Of a DNA stretch of 32,000 bases, positions 19,338 through 27,533 are shown piece after piece. The DNA lies in NCBI GenBank assembly GCA_964577555.1, contig CAZNZM010000008.1:1-32000 (forward strand), read 5' to 3'. Made by a program: the position numbers and the translations under genes. Position 1 is the first letter of the stretch, and every line of letters starts with the position of its first letter. This DNA is from an uncultured archaeon. Its GTDB lineage: Archaea > Iainarchaeota > Iainarchaeia > Iainarchaeales > Iainarchaeaceae. The notes under the pieces are model-generated. The model saw only the letters and a list, made by a program, of their open reading frames with translations. It did no database searches and was not told the DNA's origin.

Positions 19338-19561
19338 TCAACCACCCTGAAATAGACAGATTTGCCGGCAGTAGGGCTGTTTCTCGTGATTTTAATAATG
19401 TCCCCTTTTTTGGCTCCTATTTCAACTATTGCAGGATCATCTTTCAAAATTCGCGGCAACTTTTCAATATTAGAACCATATTTAGCAAGCACTTCGCCAA
19501 CCTTATTCTCTGGCACAATCTCATGCTTAGGAACCAGAAAATGCTGTGAAACCTTTTCCAA
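19334..19561 (-). CDS. rpoH: DNA-directed RNA polymerase subunit H (Rpb5-like), TTG start likely
   Basis: HFLVPKHEIVPENKVGEVLAKYGSNIEKLPRILKDDPAIVEIGAKKGDIIKITRNSPTAGKSVYFRVVE; ATGA overlap with rpoB''. No upstream ATG; several TTG candidates between 19561 and 19591. Confidence 0.9.
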   Translation of the reverse strand: MEKVSQHFLVPKHEIVPENKVGEVLAKYGSNIEKLPRILKDDPAIVEIGAKKGDIIKITRNSPTAGKSVYFRVVE

Positions 19562-19891
19562 TCCCAAGCCAACCAACCCCAAAAAAACCAACCCTTAAAC
19601 CCAAATTTCTGGCTGCAAAATGCGGTTTAGGTGAAAAAACCCAAAAACCAAATGTAACAACCAGAAAGCGTGAATCCAAAACTACTATTAAATTAATAGA
19701 AAGGAATTTAAAGGTAACACAAAAAGCCAAATTTAATAATTTTGATTGTCTTAAATTTGTAGAAATGACTTTTTGCTATTAATTGCACAAAAGATTTGTT
19801 GGTTTTTTACCAGCTTTTTTTGTTTTGCAAGTCAAACGGTTTTTATTGTTTTTTTTTAGTTTTTTTGGAAAGTATTTTATTTTCTTAGCTG

Positions 19892-19931
19892 TTTTTTTTG
19901 TGTTTTTTTTTGTCAATTTTTTTTTGTTTTT
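19892..19931 (+). repeat. T-rich repeat unit TTTTTTTTGTGTTTTTTTTTGTCAATTTTTTTTTGTTTT, copy A
   Basis: Near-identical to 20001-20040; a partial TTTTTTTGTCAATTTTTT recurs at about 20143-20160. Confidence 0.7.
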
Positions 19932-20000
19932 TTTTTTTGGCGGGTTGTTTTTTTTGTGGTCTTTTTTTTTGTTATTTTTTTTTGAGCCGTTTTTTTTGTC

Positions 20001-20040
20001 TTTTTTTTTGTGTTTTTTTTTGTCAATTTTTTTTGTTTTT
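20001..20040 (+). repeat. T-rich repeat unit, copy B
   Basis: See copy A, 19892-19931. Confidence 0.7.
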
Positions 20041-20080
20041 TCGAACCAAATTTTTTTGTTTTAAACTTTTTTGTTTTTTT

Positions 20081-20141
20081 TACCAAGTTTTTTCTTTGAG
20101 GTTTTATTTTTTTGTTTTTGACATTGTTTTTTTTGGCGAGC
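20081..20141 (-). repeat. Module copy 3 of the dispersed repeat, direct orientation, about 12 kb from copy 2
   Basis: taccaagttttttctttgaggttttatttttttgtttttgacattgttttttttggcgagc. Confidence 0.8.
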
Positions 20142-20410
20142 GTTTTTTTGTCAATTTTTTTGATTTATTTTATTTTTTGTTTTTGTTGGCTTGGTTTTTT
20201 TTGTTGAGCCAATGTTGTTTTTTTTGGAAATTGTTTTTTTCTTTTTGGTTTGGATTGTCTTTTTTGCGAGCCGTTTTTTTTAGTCGGTTTATTTTCTTGG
20301 TGCTTTGATTTTTTAGCTGTTTGCGGCAACATTTTCAATTTGTTTCCGCCACAAGATACTTTTTTTTGTTATGCTACTCTTTTTTAAGTAGTTCGCTTGT
20401 GTTTTTTTTT

Positions 20411-21061
20411 ATGAAAGAAGAGAATATAAGCTTGACAATATTGTTGGCGAAAAAAGCCGGCTTTGGAAAGAAATTCATGTTTTCCACTTCAAGCCTTGCC
20501 GAGATTACGGGGTATTCCCAGCAATCAATTTCAAGAAAATTAAGGGAAATGGAAGCAGATGGAATCATTTCAAGAAAGCCCTCGCCTTCGGGAATTGAAA
20601 TCCTGTTTACCGAAAAAGGCAGAAAGGAATTGGAATCGTTGTATTTAGAGCTTTCCGATTTGTTTTCAATAAAAAAGAAAAAAGAGTTGCAAGGAAAGGT
20701 GATTGACGGACTTGGCGAAGGAAAATATTACACTCAAATACCTCAATATAAATCTCAATTCAAAGAACTTTTCGGTATTGACTTGTATCCAGGTACTTTG
20801 AATCTTTCAGTAGACCCTGACGAAAGATCTGCATTCCTATCAACTACTCCATTAAAAGTGAATGGTTTTCAGGATAAAGACCGGACATTTGGCGGAATAG
20901 ATTGCTGGCAAGTAAAACTCAATGGTTCGGAATATGCAGTCGCAATAATACCTCACAGAACAAATCACCCAAAAAATGTGATTGAAGTGGTTTCAAGCTT
21001 CAACCTCAGAAAAAAATTGAATTTGAAAAACAATTCTGTTGTAAAAATGGTGATGGCATGA
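20411..21061 (+). CDS. ribK: CTP-dependent riboflavin kinase with N-terminal winged-helix domain
   Basis: HTH-like FSTSSLAEITGYSQQSISRKLREMEADGIISR followed by LQGKVIDGLGEGKYYTQIPQYKSQFKELFGIDLYPGTLNL...AVAIIPHRTNHPKNVIEVVS; ATG at 20411. Confidence 0.92.
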   Translation: MKEENISLTILLAKKAGFGKKFMFSTSSLAEITGYSQQSISRKLREMEADGIISRKPSPSGIEILFTEKGRKELESLYLELSDLFSIKKKKELQGKVIDGLGEGKYYTQIPQYKSQFKELFGIDLYPGTLNLSVDPDERSAFLSTTPLKVNGFQDKDRTFGGIDCWQVKLNGSEYAVAIIPHRTNHPKNVIEVVSSFNLRKKLNLKNNSVVKMVMA

Positions 21062-21564
21062 AAAACAAAAAAAACTCAAAACCAATAAAAATAGCTGTTG
21101 TGGACACAATGTTCAGTCGAGGCGACATGGCGCCAGTTGCAATAAACACGATGGAGGCAATGGCCAAAGAAAACAATTGGAAAATAGAAATTGTCAGAAA
21201 AACTGTGCCAGGCGTGAAAGATATTCCTGTGGCAATGCTCAATTTGCTTGAAAAAGGATGCGACGCAGGAATATGTTTCGGCATGCCAGGGAGCGAACCA
21301 ATAGACAAAACATGTTCCCACGAAGCATCGTTAGGCATACAACAAGTTCAATTAATGACAAGAAAAACGGTTCTTGAAGTATTTGTGCATGAAGATGAAG
21401 CAAGCAACGGCGAAGAACTCGGCAGGCTGATGTACAACCGCTCCGAAAAGCATGCAAAAAATCTCATGTGGATGATTTTCAAGCCAGAAGAACTTTTAAA
21501 AAGAGCCGGTACTGGAGAAAGGCAAGGAAGAGAAAACGCTTGGACAGTAGATGTCAAACCATGA
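21058..21564 (+). CDS. ribC: Archaeal-type riboflavin synthase
   Basis: IKIAVVDTMFSRGDMAPVAINTMEAMAKENNWKIEIVRKTVPGVKDIPVA...GICFGMPGSEPIDKTCSHEASLGIQQVQLMT; ATGA overlap with ribK. Confidence 0.92.
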   Translation: MKNKKNSKPIKIAVVDTMFSRGDMAPVAINTMEAMAKENNWKIEIVRKTVPGVKDIPVAMLNLLEKGCDAGICFGMPGSEPIDKTCSHEASLGIQQVQLMTRKTVLEVFVHEDEASNGEELGRLMYNRSEKHAKNLMWMIFKPEELLKRAGTGERQGRENAWTVDVKP

Positions 21565-21582
21565 TTTACCCAGGTGCCAAAA

Positions 21583-21987
21583 ATGAAAGTCATGAAAATA
21601 GGAATTGTTATTGCGGATTTTTATCCAGAAATAGCCAGTGAAATGCTTTCCGAAGCACAAAACGCAGCCAAAGAAAAAGGCATAAAAGTAGTTGCAGTTT
21701 CAAAAGTGGTTGGCGCATTTGACATTCCTATTGCGCTAAAAAGAATTCTTGAACGGAGAGATGTAAATGCAGCAGTAGTTCTGGGAGCGGTTGTGCAGGG
21801 CGAAACATCACATGACGAAGTAGTCGCATATACTTCTGCTGAAAAAATATTGTCTCTATCGCTTCAATACAACAAACCAGTTGGCTACGGCGTTTCAGGT
21901 CCAAGAATGACGATTGCACAAGCAAAAGCAAGAGCCAAAGAGTTTGCAAGAAGAGCCGTTGAAGCAATTTTTATCAGGCAATCCTAA
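21583..21987 (+). CDS. ribH: 6,7-dimethyl-8-ribityllumazine synthase
   Basis: KIGIVIADFYPEIASEML...VSKVVGAFDIPIALKRILERRDVNAAVVLGAVVQGETSHDEVV; ATG 21583 preferred over GTG 21574. Confidence 0.93.
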   Translation: MKVMKIGIVIADFYPEIASEMLSEAQNAAKEKGIKVVAVSKVVGAFDIPIALKRILERRDVNAAVVLGAVVQGETSHDEVVAYTSAEKILSLSLQYNKPVGYGVSGPRMTIAQAKARAKEFARRAVEAIFIRQS

Positions 21988-21989
21988 AA

Positions 21990-22466
21990 CTATTTGCTTT
22001 TTCTTGGCTTAACTTTATATCTATTTTCTTTAAAGTCATACTCTAAAGTCGGCAAATCCCAAAAATAAAGCCCGTTTTCAGGATCAAAAACCCTTCTTTC
22101 AACTATTAGCACTTCATTTTCATTTTCTTTAAAGTAGCAAGTCTCCCTTAATATCAATTCCATAACCTTATTTCTTATTTTGATTTTTTGAATAGACCAG
22201 ACTTCTTGAGTAAAAACTTTGCCAGCAAATCTCTTTTCAGGCATGACAAAAGCATAATGCGGGTCAAGAGGACTTGCCAGTGATGGATCTTTTTCTTTCC
22301 ACCAACCCATACTTTGCATGGTTGCAGGCGCCGATTCGGATTTCAAAATTTTAAGAATTCTATTCGGTACTTTTTCTCCTGGAAAAGCAATTAATCTTCT
22401 TAAAAAAACAACAACTCTGTGCTTGGCCGTTTTAATAAAAGATTTGAATTTTGGAAATGGCCTCAT
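21990..22466 (-). CDS. Hypothetical protein (158 aa from ATG 22466)
   Basis: Body VVFLRRLIAFPGEKVPNRILKILKSESAPATMQSMGWWKEKDPSLASPLDPHYAFVMPEKRF looks protein-like; track start at 22679 would be antisense to the glycosylase gene. Confidence 0.6.
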   Translation of the reverse strand: MRPFPKFKSFIKTAKHRVVVFLRRLIAFPGEKVPNRILKILKSESAPATMQSMGWWKEKDPSLASPLDPHYAFVMPEKRFAGKVFTQEVWSIQKIKIRNKVMELILRETCYFKENENEVLIVERRVFDPENGLYFWDLPTLEYDFKENRYKVKPRKSK

Positions 22467-22506
22467 AATTAAATAATCTTTTACACTAAACTTGTTTTTA
22501 GTATTT

Positions 22507-23139
22507 ATGTCGCAAAATTTGTTGTCAAAAATTTCAGAAATTAAAAAAAGTCCGGTGTCAATTGAAATAATGGAAAGATACCGCCAATTCAAATCTTTTT
22601 CCTCAAAAAATGAAGAGGATTGGTTTTCCGAACTTTGTTTTTGCATTACCACTGCAAATTCCAGCGCAGAAACAGGCATAAAAATACAAAATGCCTTGGG
22701 CTTTGAAGGATTTTATTATTTGCCACAACAAGACTTGGCTAAAAAATTGAAATTATTAGGATACCGGTTTTACAACAAGCGAGCACAATACATTTGTGAA
22801 GCCAGAAAACATTTCGGAATCAAGAAAAAACTTTCAAATTTCAAATCAGACAGGGAAAAAAGATTTTATCTTGTTGAAAATGTAAAAGGTTTTTCATTCA
22901 AAGAAGCATCGCATTTCCTTCGCAACACAGGACATGACAATTGCGCAATCCTTGACAGGCACATACTCCGCATAATGTACGAAAACGGTTTTATTCTGGA
23001 AGTGCCTAAATATTTGCCGCCAAAAAAATACTTGGAATATGAAAAAATACTTGACTCTTTTTCAGAAATGGCTGGCCTGAATCATTCCTTGCTGGACCTT
23101 TACCTTTGGTTCATGCGCACTGGAAAAATATTAAAATAA
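22507..23139 (+). CDS. ogg: N-glycosylase/DNA lyase, archaeal OGG2 type
   Basis: WFSELCFCITTANSSAETGIKIQNAL...FLRNTGHDNCAILDRHILRIMYENG, HhH-GPD style with catalytic-region K/D; ATG at 22507. Confidence 0.85.
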   Translation: MSQNLLSKISEIKKSPVSIEIMERYRQFKSFSSKNEEDWFSELCFCITTANSSAETGIKIQNALGFEGFYYLPQQDLAKKLKLLGYRFYNKRAQYICEARKHFGIKKKLSNFKSDREKRFYLVENVKGFSFKEASHFLRNTGHDNCAILDRHILRIMYENGFILEVPKYLPPKKYLEYEKILDSFSEMAGLNHSLLDLYLWFMRTGKILK

Positions 23140-23171
23140 TCCAAAGAGAATTTGAATACATCTAATAATAT

Positions 23172-23897
23172 TCAAAGACCTTTCATTTTACGCATTTTCA
23201 AGAAATGATTCCAAGCCGCTTCCAAATCACTTTCAACCACGTCCGGCCAATATTTTTTTATGTGATAATATTCAGAGTATGCGCTTTGCCACAAAAGAAA
23301 ACCGCTTTTTGCTTCTCTTTCAGCTTCTTCTTCGCCAGTCCTTATTATCAAATCACAACTGGATTGCACTCCCAAGTGCCTTATGACATCTTTTTCAGTC
23401 AATCCGAAAAACAAATTTTTTATTCTGTTCATCGGCGAACTGACGCTTCTAAGTATTTCCGATTGTCCAGTATAACCTATTAGTATGTTCAATACTTTGT
23501 TTCCGTAATATTTTGTTTCGGTTTTGAGTTGTTTGCAAACTTCGATTATGTTTGACGGAATTTTGTCTTCCCGTGTTGAAACAACATTTACTTTAACTTT
23601 ATTGTCGTGCAATTCTTTTGATTTCAAGAGTTTTTGAAGTTTTATATAATAAATTTCATAAAGGTTTGAAAGTTCCCTTTCGTTTCTTTTGAAGTTTTCC
23701 TCGCTCAAAGCATAAATGCTGCATTCCCCTATTTCCTTTTTTTCCATTGCCCAATCCACTAGTTTTTCAATTGTTTCCGCGCCTTTTTTATGCCCTTCCA
23801 TAGGATCCAAACCGTGTTCCAATGCCCATCTCCTGTTGCCGTCAGGAATTATGCCAACATGATACAAGCCATTGTACATATCTAAAAAACACTTCAT
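23172..23897 (-). CDS. uppS: Cis-prenyltransferase (undecaprenyl/polyprenyl diphosphate synthase family)
   Basis: YHVGIIPDGNRRWALEHGLDPMEGHKKGAE...LSEENFKRNERE...SCDLIIRTGEEE...GFLLWQSAYSEYY. Confidence 0.92.
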   Translation of the reverse strand: MKCFLDMYNGLYHVGIIPDGNRRWALEHGLDPMEGHKKGAETIEKLVDWAMEKKEIGECSIYALSEENFKRNERELSNLYEIYYIKLQKLLKSKELHDNKVKVNVVSTREDKIPSNIIEVCKQLKTETKYYGNKVLNILIGYTGQSEILRSVSSPMNRIKNLFFGLTEKDVIRHLGVQSSCDLIIRTGEEEAEREAKSGFLLWQSAYSEYYHIKKYWPDVVESDLEAAWNHFLKMRKMKGL

Positions 23898-24002
23898 AAT
23901 AATATATAAATCAAATCTTTTTAGCAGTGTTGAAAATTTTTTGTTTGTTGTAAAATCGTGTTTTTTTTAGAAGTTCATCTGTTTTTTGTCCTTATAAATT
24001 CC

Positions 24003-25178
24003 TTACCAACCATAATGTTCTGCTTTGCTATAACCAAGAGATTTCATTGCGGCTATAAATCCTTTCAAGAATATTGTCGGCTTTTTTGAGAAAACTTTGA
24101 GCCCGAATTTCATTTTTTCAAAATAATTGAAGTTGTCAAATGTGTCAGGCAAAGAATTTCCTATTATATTTAATTCTTCATCTGTAAAACCATATAATGC
24201 GTTTTTTCCTTTTATTATTTTTGAATACTCGGGAAATTCAGCTTTCCAGAGTTTTTCGTATTTTGAAAAAGTTTCTTTTGAAAAATCGTTTTTGTCAATC
24301 GCTTCTTTTGCAACTTCCGCGGCAAATTGTCCGCTCTTCAAGCCCAAATGCGAACCACCTTCAAACAATGGCGAAGTAAAACCCGCAGCGTCTCCAACTA
24401 ACATCAAGCCTTCATCATAAGTGTTTTTAACAGGCCCAGAAGCAGGAATCAAGCCTCCAAAAACCTTGATTCTTTCCTTGTCTTTCCATCCTTTTTTTTC
24501 TATGAACACCTCGTTATATGCTTTTGCTTTGTTTTTGTCAGTAGTAACCAATCCAACATTTGCGCGCATATCTTTTTTTGGTATCATCCACAAATAGCCA
24601 TGAGGCGCCAATTTAGGCCAAATATAAAAATCTATGTAATTGTCTCTTTCAATTCCTTTAAGTTCATATTGTATGCCTATTACTGATTCAAACCTGTTAT
24701 TTAACCCTATTTTTCTTGAAACAACACTTGCAACCCCTGAAGCATCAACCACTATTTTTGCTTTGAAAATACCTTTGTTTGTTTCGACTTCCCAAATTCC
24801 TTTTTCTTTTTTTATATTATCCATTCTCGTCGAAAGCCTTAGTTCGGCTCCACTCTTTACTGCTTCTCCTGAAAGCCATTGTTCAAAAAGATGCTTTTCA
24901 AGAACAAAACCCTTTTCGTTGAGTATGGTGCCCTTTCCATTAGGCCAAATAATCCTTATGCCATCTACATGAGACGAGATAACTTCTTCAGGAATTTTTA
25001 TGTTTGTATTAGTAGTGGCAAGCAGTGAAAGACATTCACCACAATGCACTGGCTCGCCTACTTTGTCATGTTCTTCAATAATTATAACCTTCAAACCATT
25101 CCTTGCACAATGCAATGCAGCCGAGCCTCCAGCAGGACCAGCCCCTATTACTAAAACGTCATAAATTTTTTCTTCCAT
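24003..25178 (-). CDS. Geranylgeranyl reductase family FAD-dependent oxidoreductase
   Basis: YDVLVIGAGPAGGSAALHCARNGLKVIIIEE...VGEPVHCGECLS...GLMLVGDAAGFTSPLFEGGSHLGLKSG; ATG 25178. Confidence 0.9.
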   Translation of the reverse strand: MEEKIYDVLVIGAGPAGGSAALHCARNGLKVIIIEEHDKVGEPVHCGECLSLLATTNTNIKIPEEVISSHVDGIRIIWPNGKGTILNEKGFVLEKHLFEQWLSGEAVKSGAELRLSTRMDNIKKEKGIWEVETNKGIFKAKIVVDASGVASVVSRKIGLNNRFESVIGIQYELKGIERDNYIDFYIWPKLAPHGYLWMIPKKDMRANVGLVTTDKNKAKAYNEVFIEKKGWKDKERIKVFGGLIPASGPVKNTYDEGLMLVGDAAGFTSPLFEGGSHLGLKSGQFAAEVAKEAIDKNDFSKETFSKYEKLWKAEFPEYSKIIKGKNALYGFTDEELNIIGNSLPDTFDNFNYFEKMKFGLKVFSKKPTIFLKGFIAAMKSLGYSKAEHYGW

Positions 25179-25360
25179 ATAAAACACTTTTTGTATTTTT
25201 ATTTAAAACCAATTAATAGTGGTTATAAATTTAAATGTCATGTTAATTTAGTTGCTGTTTGCGAATAAACTGTTAAAAATTTTTGTTGCATTTGTCAATA
25301 CTTTTTCCAATTTTTTTAGTTCGGATATTTAAACAGTAACTCAATTATTTTATTTGATTT

Positions 25361-26278
25361 ATGAGAATAAGATTTCCAAGGTTCAGGGACATAAGGTCAA
25401 AACTTTATTCTGCAAAACTTTTAGGCAACGTCGTAAAAAACTCTTTAATGTTCAAGATTAGACGTGGCACAATGCCAAGATTCAGGTCAAAAGAATTTGA
25501 CACTTTAATAGTTGATATGGACGGAACCCTTTACAGAACCGACGCCAACCTTGAAGCATTGGTTTTAGCATATCCAGAAAAGCTTGAAACAGGCAAGACT
25601 GCAGGAGAAGAAATTTTTGATTCCATAATTTCAAAGATAGCATCAGGAGAATACAGCATTGAAAAAGCAATTCTGGAAGGCAACAAATTTCTCATGGCTC
25701 GAAAAATAAAAAAACAAGACTTTCATAAGATTGTTGATATAATAAAGCCAACGCTGAGAAAATCTCTTATAAAAGCGCTTGGAGACATTAAAGCAGAAGG
25801 CAAAACCATAATACTTGCAACGCTTTCGTCAAAAGACTTCGGCGAAATGGTAAATTCTTACCTAAAACTCAAGTACAATTTTGAGTTTGACATTGTTGTA
25901 GGAACAGAATTAAGATTTGAAGAAGACGGCTCTATATCAGGAATAAAATCTATTGTCGGCACGAAAGATTTCACATTTGAAGGAATACCAGTAAAATCAA
26001 AACTTTCAGCAGTTAAAGAAGCCATTTCCATTGCAGGAAAGCAATTTAATCCTAAAAGAACTGTCCTGATTACAGACGGCTATGGCGACATTGATATAGC
26101 CAAATCATTAGTAACCATATTGATAAAACAGCATAATCCAAGCACTGCACAGAAAATATCTTATCGCTTGGGACTTGCAGATTACATTCTTCCAGACAAT
26201 CGCGACCTAATAATTAATCTAAAATCAATAGTGCTAGGCGCAGAACTAAAAGAACCGGAAGCCAACCAAAACACTTGA
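25361..26278 (+). CDS. HAD-superfamily phosphatase/hydrolase
   Basis: FDTLIVDMDGTLYRTDAN...TIILATLSSKDF...LITDGYGDIDIAKSL. Confidence 0.85.
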   Translation: MRIRFPRFRDIRSKLYSAKLLGNVVKNSLMFKIRRGTMPRFRSKEFDTLIVDMDGTLYRTDANLEALVLAYPEKLETGKTAGEEIFDSIISKIASGEYSIEKAILEGNKFLMARKIKKQDFHKIVDIIKPTLRKSLIKALGDIKAEGKTIILATLSSKDFGEMVNSYLKLKYNFEFDIVVGTELRFEEDGSISGIKSIVGTKDFTFEGIPVKSKLSAVKEAISIAGKQFNPKRTVLITDGYGDIDIAKSLVTILIKQHNPSTAQKISYRLGLADYILPDNRDLIINLKSIVLGAELKEPEANQNT

Positions 26279-26439
26279 TGCCATGCTTTGCATTTTTTTG
26301 TTTTAGAAATTCAATTTTTTATTTTTTTTAATTTGAATTGTTATTTTTTGCCATTTTCAAAATCATTTTTTTTATATTAAATTCCGTTTTTAAATTTTTT
26401 AAAACTTTGATTATTTTCCGATTTTATTTTTTCAAATTT

Positions 26440-27441
26440 TCATATTTTAATTTTTTTGACTTCCACTTTTGCTTCTTCAAGCAATTCCAACGCCTCTTTT
26501 CCAAGCGGATAATCATAATTGTAAATAACACGCTTTATTCCGGCATTAATTATCATTTTACTGCAAGTTAAACAAGGGCTGTAAGTAGTATAAATGTCAG
26601 AGTCTTTTGTTGAAATCCCGTGATACGCTGCTTGAACTATTGCGTTTTCCTCTGCATGAGAGCATCTGCATTCATCAAGTTTCGTGCCTTCTTTTGCAAA
26701 TGAATTACACCTTAAACACCCGCCTTCGTTGCAATTTCTTACTCTTCGAGGAGTTCCATTATAACCTGTTGAAATAATCCTTTTTTCCCTCACTATAACA
26801 GCCCCAATTTTTCTCTTTATGCAATTACTCCTTGTTGCTATCTCTTTTGCAATATTCATAAAATACTCGTCCCAATCAGGCCTTTTAAAATCAACAGGCG
26901 TTTGAAGCAATACAGAATCAATTTTTTGGAATAATTCGGCAAGCGAACCATTGTTTTCAATTGTATGTCCAGCCATTGCAGCACAAACATCCAATTGCTG
27001 ACTACTGCTTTCCCCAGAAGAACTTTCAAATCTTTCCATTTTTCTAAATTCCTCAATGGTTTTAGGGTCACCTTCCCTATTTCTTTTCAATATTCTTTCA
27101 AACCTTGTTTTTTCATCAGAAATAATATTCCAAAGGTGAAAATTTCCGATTTTTTGCAATTCTTTTATTTCCTCTGGGTTGCGCAAAGAATCAATTACAT
27201 AATTTTTGTCTTTGGACATTTTGCCTACAATTCTTTTTGACAGATACCCGTTGCCATATTTTTTTCTCAATTCATTGCCTTTAGAAATCAAATTTTCCCT
27301 TGTAACAGGCAATTTTTCTTCAGCAAGAATTTCCCTGAGTTCATCAGAAAGAGAAAGATACCCAAAACTCTTTGATTTAAGGTATTCGCAAGCAGTTGTC
27401 TTGCCGGCACAATATTTTCCAGTAACTCCAATAACTATCAT
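26440..27441 (-). CDS. Fusion protein: N-terminal P-loop nucleoside/nucleotide-kinase-like domain + C-terminal deoxycytidylate deaminase
   Basis: MIVIGVTGKYCAGKTTACEYLK Walker A; zinc deaminase CSHAEENAIVQAA...YTTYSPCLTCSKMIINAGIKRVIY. ATG 27441 chosen over the longer start 27513. Confidence 0.9.
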   Translation of the reverse strand: MIVIGVTGKYCAGKTTACEYLKSKSFGYLSLSDELREILAEEKLPVTRENLISKGNELRKKYGNGYLSKRIVGKMSKDKNYVIDSLRNPEEIKELQKIGNFHLWNIISDEKTRFERILKRNREGDPKTIEEFRKMERFESSSGESSSQQLDVCAAMAGHTIENNGSLAELFQKIDSVLLQTPVDFKRPDWDEYFMNIAKEIATRSNCIKRKIGAVIVREKRIISTGYNGTPRRVRNCNEGGCLRCNSFAKEGTKLDECRCSHAEENAIVQAAYHGISTKDSDIYTTYSPCLTCSKMIINAGIKRVIYNYDYPLGKEALELLEEAKVEVKKIKI

Positions 27442-27533
27442 TGTTGAAAAAAATTCTTCGGACAAGGGTTTATAAAATGTAGCAAAAAAAAATTCTATTT
27501 CAAACCAATCCAACTAAAATAAAATTCCTAAAG

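Larger units (their letters stand above)
19790..20400. repeat. Second T-rich (plus strand) low-complexity block upstream of rpoH and of ribK
   Basis: Same style and shared words (CCAAGTTTTTTCTTTGAGGTTTTAT, GCGAGCC, GAGCCG) as 7400-8190. Confidence 0.85.

Noticed and set aside
26338-26571. ORF 26338..26571 plus strand
   Set aside because: Phe-rich, in the AT-rich convergent intergenic region and antisense to the deaminase 3' end.
27442-27513. Upstream extension MDWFEIEFFFATFYKPLSEEFFST of the kinase-deaminase ORF
   Set aside because: The P-loop protein naturally begins MIVIGVTGK at 27441; the extension uses an alternative start and lacks domain similarity.
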